Source of the DNA: Deltaproteobacteria bacterium RIFCSPHIGHO2_01_FULL_43_49
GTDB lineage: Bacteria > UBA10199 > SPLOWO2-01-44-7
Assembly (NCBI GenBank): GCA_001798075.1
Contig: MGRG01000005.1
Location: forward strand, 193,148 to 257,147
DNA length: 64,000 bases
Reading direction: 5' to 3'
A program made the translations under genes and the position numbers. The notes below the pieces were generated by a model. That model saw nothing but the letters and a program-made list of their open reading frames with translations. It had not been told where the DNA came from and did no database searches. Shown here one piece after another: positions 27,847-35,870 of this stretch. Position 1 is the first letter of the stretch, and the number at the start of each line of letters is the position of its first letter.

Positions 27847-29304
27847 ATGAATTGGCGTGCCCTTGCAAAACTTTTAGGAATCTTTTCTTGCGCCGTTGGT
27901 TTTTTAATTGGTTTATCCGCGCTCGTTTCTTTGCTTTTTCATGAAAGAGAGGCCCTTTGGCTTGCCCTTTCCGCACTCATTCCTCTTATTGGTGGCTTGG
28001 GGTTGATGCAGCTTTCTTGGGAAACGGATGTGGAAAATTTGTCCCACCGTGAGGCCACTCTTCTCATTGCCTTGTCGTGGCTGGTGGCTATTCTGTGGGG
28101 CGCCTTTCCTTACTATTTAACACGAGCCTTTGGCGATTATTCACCCCTTTCTTTTTTGAATTGTCTTTTTGAAGCAACCTCTGGATTCACGGCAACCGCC
28201 GCTTCCGTTTTGATTCCACACATTGCCTTGGAAAATCTCTCTCGCGGTCTTATTTTTTGGCGCTCCATGAGCCAATGGTTAGGGGGTTTAGGGATTATTC
28301 TAATTGCTTTGTTGTATTTGCCGTTGATTCGCGCCGGTGGGATGGAACTTTTTCAAACCAGCTCCATTGTGAGAGAAAGACTGCGCACCAAAGTAGGAGA
28401 GACATCCCGAACAGTTTTGCTCATCTATTTGAGTTTTACACTGTTGGAAGTGATTGTATTGAAGTTAGGTGGGATGGGGTTATTTGACGCCCTCTGCCAC
28501 AGTTTTTCAACCATTTCTTCTGGCGGTTTTTCCACACAGACATCCAACATTGGTGGATATAACAGCTTGTTCATCGAAATGACCCTCATTATTTTTATGA
28601 TTTTAGGCACAACCAACTTCGCCCTTCATTATTCCTTTCTCCAAAAAGATTGGCTGGCCTATTGGAAGAGCTTTGAGTTGCGGCTTTATCTGGGGGTATT
28701 GTTAGTAGCAATTTTGGCTGTTGGAATTAACCTTAAGGCAAACGGGGTCTCCAATCATTGGAGAGAGGCTATTTTTAATACCGTTTCGATTGGATCGACA
28801 ACCGGTTTTTGGAATGCGGATGTCAGTTTGTGGCCTTCTTTTTCGAGGGCGATTTTGTTGATCTTGATGTTTGTTGGTGGGACCGTTGGTTCTACCTCGG
28901 GCTCGATCAAGTGTTTTCGCATGGGGCTACTCATCAAATATGCCTATCGTGAAATTTTTAGAATCATTCACCCCGCAGGGTTTACCCCCGTGAAATTGGA
29001 AGGAAGAGTCGTGGATAGAGAGATCTTAGAGGGAGTGGCCGCTTTCTTTTTTCTCTATATGATCATCTTTACCGCAGGTTCCTTGATTATGCAGGCCTTA
29101 GGGTTCGAAATGATGGTGGCCGCCTCCAGTGTTGCGGCGGCCCTAGGGGGCGTGGGGCCCGGGTTTCATGAATTGGGGGCGATGGGGGGCTATTATAATG
29201 TGCCGGTTTTGGGAAAGATTACGCTGATGTGTTGTATGATCTTGGGGCGTGTCGAAATTTTCCCTATCCTCGTTGTAATCTCTAGGGAATTTTGGAGAAA
29301 ATAG
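27847..29304 (+). CDS. trkH: TrkH/KtrB family potassium transporter
   Basis: 485 aa. Repeated M1-P-M2 units with selectivity-filter-like GFxxTG/GGxxxG segments (TSGFTATA, SSGGFSTQ, STTGFWN, GGTVGSTSGS). Confidence 0.9.
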   Translation: MNWRALAKLLGIFSCAVGFLIGLSALVSLLFHEREALWLALSALIPLIGGLGLMQLSWETDVENLSHREATLLIALSWLVAILWGAFPYYLTRAFGDYSPLSFLNCLFEATSGFTATAASVLIPHIALENLSRGLIFWRSMSQWLGGLGIILIALLYLPLIRAGGMELFQTSSIVRERLRTKVGETSRTVLLIYLSFTLLEVIVLKLGGMGLFDALCHSFSTISSGGFSTQTSNIGGYNSLFIEMTLIIFMILGTTNFALHYSFLQKDWLAYWKSFELRLYLGVLLVAILAVGINLKANGVSNHWREAIFNTVSIGSTTGFWNADVSLWPSFSRAILLILMFVGGTVGSTSGSIKCFRMGLLIKYAYREIFRIIHPAGFTPVKLEGRVVDREILEGVAAFFFLYMIIFTAGSLIMQALGFEMMVAASSVAAALGGVGPGFHELGAMGGYYNVPVLGKITLMCCMILGRVEIFPILVVISREFWRK

Positions 29305-29319
29305 GTGGATTGGCGAAAA

Positions 29320-29405
29320 ATTAGCGGGTCCTGTTCCTCCGTGTTTCTGTGGGGGCCCCTAACCAAACCCCACAGCAAACACTCCGGACCACCCGCTAAT
29401 TTTTT
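29320..29405. repeat. copy 4 of the 85-bp palindromic repeat family (orientation B)
   Basis: agcgggtcctgttcctccgtgtttctgtgggggcccctaaccaaaccccacagcaaacactccggaccacccgct. Confidence 0.85.
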
Positions 29406-29458
29406 GAGCCCCAAATTTTTAGGCAACTTTTTTGGGAAACAACCGATGACTACCTTGT

Positions 29459-30544
29459 ATGATTTCTATTGCAAATGTGGCGATTAGCCGGGCCGCTTTT
29501 CAACTGGCTGATCCCGCCTTTCTGGATCTAAGCCTTTCCCAAGTAGAGCGCGTTCTTGCGCCCGTCACCCCTTTTTCTGGGGTGTATGAAGGGAGAGCAG
29601 ATCTGCTGGAAGCTTTAGAAAAGGGGAGGTCCGAAGAAGTAGCACTTTCCAGAGCAGCGCTCTTAAAAAAATTAGTTGGGGATACCCCGGGTGTTTCTAA
29701 ATTATTTGCAGACCCACAAGATCTCTTTAGAAATGTGAGAGAGGTTTTAGGTCTACAGAAAGATTTCAAATCAGCCCTTCTCCCAGACCCAGAACTAATT
29801 ACAAAAGAACAAAAACTGACTGATCACAATAACAGAAAAGAAGTTTATATCGTTAAGGATTTGGCAGACCTAGGAATTTTGGGGCTTTCAACATGGAAAT
29901 ATGTTGTTGTGGAGCTAGCCGATGGGACACAAGAGATTCGGATCGGATCATACAAAGGTTTGCATGTGGAAATGATGTTGGACGATGAAAAAATTGTTGG
30001 GGCAGGGTATATTGAAAATAAAGAGGGTATTATTGAACTGGATGGCTCAAGCACTTTCCTGTCCACTTATCCTGATAGAGTAGAGAATTCTCACCGTCCA
30101 ATAGCAGAAGAAAGCGGTTTGAAGGCAGTGAGGAAGGCCTTTCGAAAAATTTTGGGTAAAGATTTTAATTTGATGGTTCGAGGATTACCAAACGAGCCGG
30201 AATCTCTTAGTATTGAGAGTTCTGAAATCCTTTTTCAAAGAACCAACGGTGCAAAAAAGAGATATCTCCTCATTGTCACTATCGATGGGGAGCCCAAATT
30301 CCGTCTTGTTGATGAAGGGAATGAAGATGGGATAGAAACGATGGATCCTGGCGATGCGGCTGTCGATATAGGAGAGGTTTATCAATCTAGAACAGCAGAT
30401 GGAAAGCCGGTCTATGTTTTAACGGGAACTCAGTCTGGCTTAACAGACTCTTTATTGTTTCTCAAAAAGCTTCTTGGGAATGCTGCCATCGTTGCTAGCT
30501 TGGGCGAGTGGATGTTGCATCCTCAAAACCCCGCTCTTCAGTAA
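29459..30544 (+). CDS. hypothetical protein (N-terminus weakly resembles the 19200 ORF: M..IAN....A..LA.....L..SQ.E)
   Basis: ORF only. No known motif. Confidence 0.45.
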   Translation: MISIANVAISRAAFQLADPAFLDLSLSQVERVLAPVTPFSGVYEGRADLLEALEKGRSEEVALSRAALLKKLVGDTPGVSKLFADPQDLFRNVREVLGLQKDFKSALLPDPELITKEQKLTDHNNRKEVYIVKDLADLGILGLSTWKYVVVELADGTQEIRIGSYKGLHVEMMLDDEKIVGAGYIENKEGIIELDGSSTFLSTYPDRVENSHRPIAEESGLKAVRKAFRKILGKDFNLMVRGLPNEPESLSIESSEILFQRTNGAKKRYLLIVTIDGEPKFRLVDEGNEDGIETMDPGDAAVDIGEVYQSRTADGKPVYVLTGTQSGLTDSLLFLKKLLGNAAIVASLGEWMLHPQNPALQ

Positions 30545-30645
30545 TTGACTTAGCTTGGTACCTGGTCGCGGCTCGCGGCTATTTATTTCATCATTTCAAT
30601 TAATTATGCTGGTACCTGGTCGCGGGGTGTGGCAAAAACCGTTTT

Positions 30646-32778
30646 ATGATCTCCCAACAATTTAAGCTCTCCATTGAGGGGATGCATTGTGCCAGTTGTG
30701 TAGCTACGATCGAAAAAGGTCTGCGCAAAATCCCCGGCGTCCTTTCGGCCTCTGTCAATTTGGGTCTTGAACAGGCAGTTGTCAGTGCTCAAGAAGATAA
30801 AGTCAAACCAGAACAGCTCATCCAAACCATCCAAACGTTAGGTTATAAGGCAAAACCTTTTGAACCCGCTAAAGACGGCAGCGATCCTTATAAAAAAGAA
30901 TGTCGTGATTGGCTCTGGCGCTTGTTGCTTGCCCTTCCTTTCACGCTGATTCTCATGATCTTTACGGGAAAATATTTTTGGTTGGATGTTGCTTTTGGCG
31001 GCATCGTTTATTTTGTCGCCGGCTTTCCTTTTTTGAAGGGGATGATTGTTTCTTTATGGCGCAGGCATCCCGACATGAATGCCTTGATTGGTATTGGGGC
31101 GACTGCCGCATATCTTTACGGCTATTTTGAAACGACCGCCACACTCCTTAGTTTCTTGATCTTGGGGCGTTTTTTGGAAGCCAAGGCTAAGAGGGCAACC
31201 AGTCAATCCTTGCGCGCCCTTTTTCAATCCATTCCTCAGATTGCTCATAGAAAAGTGAAAGATGGTTTTGAGGATCTTTCCCCTGAAAGTTTGGGGGTGG
31301 GAGATATTATTTTAATAAAACCTGGAGAAAAAGTTCCGGCGGATGGAGAGATTATCGATGGAGTCAGCAGCTTTGACGAAAGCTTGATTACCGGTGAGTC
31401 CTTCCCCGTTTACAAAAGAATTGGGGAAAAAGTTTTTGCAGGGATACACAATCAGGATGGTGCAGTGACGGTGAGGGTGAGCAAAAATTCCGGTGAAACC
31501 TATCTGGCTCAGATTGCAACTTTGGTGGAAAGCGCTTTGGCCAACAAAGCACCCATCGAAAGACTTGCTGACAAAATTTCAGGGATCTTTGTCCCCATTG
31601 TTCTCTTGATCGCCTTTGTCACTTTTTGGTTTTGGTGGAATTTAGGTCCAGAACCTAAGCTTGCGAATGCCCTGGAATTTGCCGTGGCGGTTTTGATTAT
31701 CGCTTGTCCTTGTGCTTTGGGGTTGGCTACTCCAACCGCAGTGATCGCCGGAGTGGGCAAAGGCGCAAAACATGGAATTTTGATCAAAGGTGGGGATGTT
31801 TTAGAAAAGGTGCGCGACTTGCACACCATTGTGCTCGACAAGACCGGAACACTCACAGAAGGAAGGCCTCGTGTTAAAGAGGTGATAGCCCTCTCTGGCA
31901 ACAAAGAGGAGGTGTTAAAGCTTGCAGCCCAGGTCGAAATTTATTCAGAGCATCTTTTGGCGCATGCCATTATAAGAGAGGCCCGCATTAAAGGATTGCA
32001 TTTGGCCCCTCTTCAGAACTTCAAGAATTTTCCTGGCCTTGGGACAAAGGCTCATTTCGGCGACAATGAAGTGTTGGTGGGGTCCCCCGTTCTTTTCGCA
32101 GAGAATGGTATTACAATTTCTCCCCTTGCAGAACTTGCAGAGGAAAAAAGGGAGTTGGGATTCAATGTTATTTTTGTGGCTTTAAATCAAAAACTCCTGG
32201 GTGCGATTGTGTTGGAAGACGAAATCAAAGAAAATTCCATGAAAGTCATTCAAAAACTCAAAGAGATGGAGTTCAATGTCTGGATGATTACAGGAGATCA
32301 AAAGGCAGCGGCAGAACTGGTGGCTCAAACCCTAGGCATTTCCAAGGTTCTCTCTTCAATGAAGCCCGATGAAAAGGCTTCAGCCATTGCTGAGCTTAAA
32401 AAAGAGGGGTTAGGCATTGCCTTTGTGGGGGATGGGATTAATGATGCCCCGGCATTGGCCGCAGCCGATGTGGGGATTGCCTTTGCAACAGGGAGTGACA
32501 TTACCAAAGCAGCCTCGGATATCACACTGGTCCACGGTGATCCTTTAGCCATTGTTGAGGCGATAAAACTCGCCAAAAAAACCTACGCTGCGATTCAACA
32601 AAACCTATGGCTTTCTTTTATTTATAACGTACTGGCTATCCCCATTGCGGCCGGTGTTTTGTATTCCTCTTTTAAACTTCGTCTCACACCCGAAATTGCC
32701 GCCATCGCAATGAGTTTGAGCTCGATTTCCGTGGTGTTAAATAGCCTGAGGCTCAAATGGACTCGGGTGGGGTCATGA
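30646..32778 (+). CDS. copA: copper-translocating P1B-type ATPase
   Basis: N-terminal HMA domain GMHCASC. CPC transmembrane metal site. DKTGTLT phosphorylation motif. GDGINDAP. Confidence 0.95.
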   Translation: MISQQFKLSIEGMHCASCVATIEKGLRKIPGVLSASVNLGLEQAVVSAQEDKVKPEQLIQTIQTLGYKAKPFEPAKDGSDPYKKECRDWLWRLLLALPFTLILMIFTGKYFWLDVAFGGIVYFVAGFPFLKGMIVSLWRRHPDMNALIGIGATAAYLYGYFETTATLLSFLILGRFLEAKAKRATSQSLRALFQSIPQIAHRKVKDGFEDLSPESLGVGDIILIKPGEKVPADGEIIDGVSSFDESLITGESFPVYKRIGEKVFAGIHNQDGAVTVRVSKNSGETYLAQIATLVESALANKAPIERLADKISGIFVPIVLLIAFVTFWFWWNLGPEPKLANALEFAVAVLIIACPCALGLATPTAVIAGVGKGAKHGILIKGGDVLEKVRDLHTIVLDKTGTLTEGRPRVKEVIALSGNKEEVLKLAAQVEIYSEHLLAHAIIREARIKGLHLAPLQNFKNFPGLGTKAHFGDNEVLVGSPVLFAENGITISPLAELAEEKRELGFNVIFVALNQKLLGAIVLEDEIKENSMKVIQKLKEMEFNVWMITGDQKAAAELVAQTLGISKVLSSMKPDEKASAIAELKKEGLGIAFVGDGINDAPALAAADVGIAFATGSDITKAASDITLVHGDPLAIVEAIKLAKKTYAAIQQNLWLSFIYNVLAIPIAAGVLYSSFKLRLTPEIAAIAMSLSSISVVLNSLRLKWTRVGS

Positions 32779-33654
32779 TAAAAAGCTACCGATCAAGGTT
32801 TTATAGACTTGTCCTTTAGACACTTTTATAATGGTGTCGCTCTTTGGCCAGACTTTTGAGGTCTCCAGGAGCTGTAAGGTCTGAAACCCGAGTCTCACAG
32901 GCAACCTCACAACCGCTTTCAATCGAAGTGCAAACCAGGGAAAATAACTGCAATATCTTTCATATTCTTTGAGATAGTTTTTGGCCAACTCGAAAAGGAC
33001 TGAAATGGGGACCTCTTTTGGAATATACGAGCGACCTCTTTTTAGATCCTGAGGGATATCTCTTAGGATGTTGACGAGCTGCAGACCCTTCCCAATTTTT
33101 TCGCCAATGAACTCGCTTTCCTTCCCAAAATTGTTGGAAAAACTAAAGTGGGACTTCATCATTTTTGTCCAAAACTTTCCCACACAACCGGCGACAAAGT
33201 AAATATATTGATCGAGTTCTTCTAGCGTTTGGGTAGGTTTCCCTTCAAGGTCTTTTTGCATCCCTTGAGTCAATTCCAGAACAAGTTCTTGGATAAGCAA
33301 CCAATCCTTGGGCTCAAGTCTTGAGAGGGCCTCCATTAACGCGGGCAACCCTTCAATAAGGGCCTTTTCAGAAGAAGAGCCCCCGGAAGGTTTTGATACA
33401 GAAGAGACAATACTTTGGGGGAATCCATCTGTGGGTCTTGCAAACATTTCTTGGTAAGCATCCAATAATTTAAGACGTTCTGATTTGGGAATTAGCTCCG
33501 TGTCAGCAATCGTATCGGCTGCTTTGCAGGCTAGAAAAGCCAGCCCCATTTGTAGGCGAATTTTTCTTGGGAGCAAAATAAGACTCAAATAAAAGGACCG
33601 CGAGGTCCCTTTCAGAATTTTTTTGAGATTAGAATTTTGGTAGACCCAGCGCAT
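32773..33654 (-). CDS. squalene/phytoene synthase family protein (HpnC-like hydroxysqualene synthase candidate)
   Basis: trans-isoprenyl diphosphate synthase head-to-head fold. Tandem with a second paralog, as in hpnCD pairs. Confidence 0.65.
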   Translation of the reverse strand: MRWVYQNSNLKKILKGTSRSFYLSLILLPRKIRLQMGLAFLACKAADTIADTELIPKSERLKLLDAYQEMFARPTDGFPQSIVSSVSKPSGGSSSEKALIEGLPALMEALSRLEPKDWLLIQELVLELTQGMQKDLEGKPTQTLEELDQYIYFVAGCVGKFWTKMMKSHFSFSNNFGKESEFIGEKIGKGLQLVNILRDIPQDLKRGRSYIPKEVPISVLFELAKNYLKEYERYCSYFPWFALRLKAVVRLPVRLGFQTLQLLETSKVWPKSDTIIKVSKGQVYKTLIGSFLS

Positions 33655-34492
33655 AGAGAATTTCTTTCAGGGCAATTTTTAGTTTTTCGCCAAAGCCCAA
33701 TGAAACCTTTTCCTTGAAAACAGCCAAGGGATTTCTGCTTATTTTACTGAGTAAGGCTTCATAGGTTTTTCCCATCAAAAAGGCGGCGATCATTTGGCGC
33801 CTTAATTTTCCAGGTCTTGGAAAGGCCTTCCAAGCAGCTTTATAAAAATTTCTAGCTCGTTCCATTTCAAAATAAAGAAGATCATAAAGATTTAAATTAT
33901 CTTTGGCATTTCCAGACAAATCTTGGAGGGTCACGCTGAATTTTTTGAGATCTTCTTGGGGGAGATAAATCCTTTCCCGGCCCAGATCGGTAACAATATC
34001 TCTTAAAATATTGGTCAGTTGAAGGGCTTTGCCTAAGGTAATGGCCCCTTCTTTTAGTTCCGGCGTTAGTGGAACACCAAAAATATGGAGACAGACAAGT
34101 CCCACGCAAGAAGCCACTTTATAGCAATAGACTTCCAATTCTTGGAAAGTAGCGTAGTTTTTTTTGGTTAAATCCATCTCGCAACCGGCAATAATTTCTT
34201 CGAGATATTGTTTGGGGATTTTGTAATCGCGAACAACTTGGCTTAGGGCTTTCGAAATCAGGTGCTTGGGGTGTCCTTCGTAGATTTGTAAAACTTCTTG
34301 TCTCCAAAATCTCAATTTTTCTTTGGCCTGCTCAAAGCTAACCGCCTTATCGACACTATCATCAACTTCTCGGCAAAAGGCATAGAAGACCTCTAGCGCG
34401 AGGCGTTTTTTCCTCCCCAAAAGATAGAAGGTATAAACAAAATTGGAGCCACTTTTCTTGCAAACTTGGTGACAAAGTTTTTGTGGATTCAT
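33629..34492 (-). CDS. squalene/phytoene synthase family protein (HpnD-like presqualene diphosphate synthase candidate)
   Basis: FYAFCREVDDSVD Asp-rich motif. Second Asp-rich region near the middle. About 287 aa. Confidence 0.7.
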   Translation of the reverse strand: MNPQKLCHQVCKKSGSNFVYTFYLLGRKKRLALEVFYAFCREVDDSVDKAVSFEQAKEKLRFWRQEVLQIYEGHPKHLISKALSQVVRDYKIPKQYLEEIIAGCEMDLTKKNYATFQELEVYCYKVASCVGLVCLHIFGVPLTPELKEGAITLGKALQLTNILRDIVTDLGRERIYLPQEDLKKFSVTLQDLSGNAKDNLNLYDLLYFEMERARNFYKAAWKAFPRPGKLRRQMIAAFLMGKTYEALLSKISRNPLAVFKEKVSLGFGEKLKIALKEILYALGLPKF

Positions 34493-35655
34493 CCTTTGCT
34501 ATAAGTCAATTCGTAGGTTTTGACTTCTTCTACACCCTTTTTAACAAGAGAGTCTATTTCTAAACGAAGCTCAACTCTATCTAACCCTTCTTTGGTCGAG
34601 CGGGTTTTAGGGTGCTTGGGTAACATCAAACTACAGCAATCTTCATGTGGTTTTATGGAGATGTCAAAGGTTCCAATCTTGCGGGCCTGTTCAATAATTT
34701 CTAGCTTATCCATTCCGATAAGGGGTCTAAAAACAGGTAAATTTGAGACGCTCTCAATTGCACTGAGGTTGGATAAAGTTTGAGAGGCTACTTGCGAAAG
34801 GGCTTCGCCTGTAACCAAAGCTTGGCAACCATTTTTAATTGCCAGATTCTCAGCAATCCGAAGCATCATTCTGCGATAAAGAAGAACCCGGTAATCTTCA
34901 GGTGCTTTAGACACAATTTGTCTCTGAATCTCCCCAAAAGGGACGCAGAGCAGGCTTCCTCCATCCTGATAGTTAGCCAGCATTTCTGCAAGTTCAAGCG
35001 CTTTGTCCTCCGATTGCGCTGAGGCAAAAGGAGCAGAGTGAAAATGAATGAATAAGGCCTCGCAACCCCTTTTCATCATTCGCCAAGCCGCTACAGGGGA
35101 ATCAATGCCCCCTGACAAGAGGACTGCAACCTTTCCAGAAACCCCCACCGGAAGTCCACCCAAGCCAGGAATTTTCTCAAAACTGTAAAAGATGTGATTT
35201 TGGAAGAGTTCAATATGAACGGTTGTTTCTGGCTGATCTAGATTGACTCTTGCATTTGTTTTGAGCTGGATGAAGCGACCAATCTCCTCATTGACGTACT
35301 GAGAACCAACCGGAAAATTTTTTTCTGCTCTTTTTGCTCGCACTGCGAACGTAGAAAATTTTTGTGTGATGAGGCTGCGATCCAAATTTTCTTTGAGATT
35401 CTCAAGAGAGGCCTCTGCTCTCTCGCACGGCATAAAGTTTGCCAGCCCAAAAATTTTGGAGAGCTTGTTTTGCACGACTTGCGCATTTGGGGTGACAGCA
35501 AACTCCATCCAAAAACGACCTGGAAGTTTGTGAAGCGTGAGGGGTGCAATTTCTCTGCACCTAAGCGCCACCCTCCTTTGCAAAGCATTTTCAAAGAAGG
35601 ATCGATTTTTATTTTTAAGCGCAATTTCTCCGTAGTGCAAAATGTAGTGTTGCAT
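34489..35655 (-). CDS. thiI: tRNA 4-thiouridine(8) synthase
   Basis: THUMP-like N-terminus. PP-loop LLSGGIDSPVAA. Confidence 0.9.
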   Translation of the reverse strand: MQHYILHYGEIALKNKNRSFFENALQRRVALRCREIAPLTLHKLPGRFWMEFAVTPNAQVVQNKLSKIFGLANFMPCERAEASLENLKENLDRSLITQKFSTFAVRAKRAEKNFPVGSQYVNEEIGRFIQLKTNARVNLDQPETTVHIELFQNHIFYSFEKIPGLGGLPVGVSGKVAVLLSGGIDSPVAAWRMMKRGCEALFIHFHSAPFASAQSEDKALELAEMLANYQDGGSLLCVPFGEIQRQIVSKAPEDYRVLLYRRMMLRIAENLAIKNGCQALVTGEALSQVASQTLSNLSAIESVSNLPVFRPLIGMDKLEIIEQARKIGTFDISIKPHEDCCSLMLPKHPKTRSTKEGLDRVELRLEIDSLVKKGVEEVKTYELTYSKG

Positions 35656-35757
35656 GATCTAACTTACTTAATTGACTTGAATTTTTTACAAAGGCAAGGT
35701 CTTGTAACAAGGAAATTGAGAAAAAAGTTGACAAATGGGTCGAAAAATCGTTTGACA

Positions 35758-35815
35758 CCGCAACATATTGTGGTTTAACATTGAGCCATACACAATATGT
35801 TGTGGATAAAGAGGG
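35758..35815 (+). promoter_or_regulatory. two putative NrdR boxes upstream of nrdJ
   Basis: Box 2 acacaatatgttgtgg (35800-35815) matches the NrdR consensus acaCwAtATaTwGtgt at 14 of 16 positions. Box 1 ccgcaacatattgtgg (35758-35773) matches at 11 of 16. Centres are about 42 bp apart, four helical turns. Confidence 0.55.
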
Positions 35816-35870
35816 ACCGGAAGGGGATATTTCTCGTTAAGTTATTGAAATAACTAAAAAATTAGGATTA

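Noticed and set aside
35656-35870. Cobalamin riboswitch upstream of nrdJ
   Set aside because: No B12-box (rAGYCMGgAgaCCkGCc-like) is visible. The leader instead carries NrdR-type palindromes.
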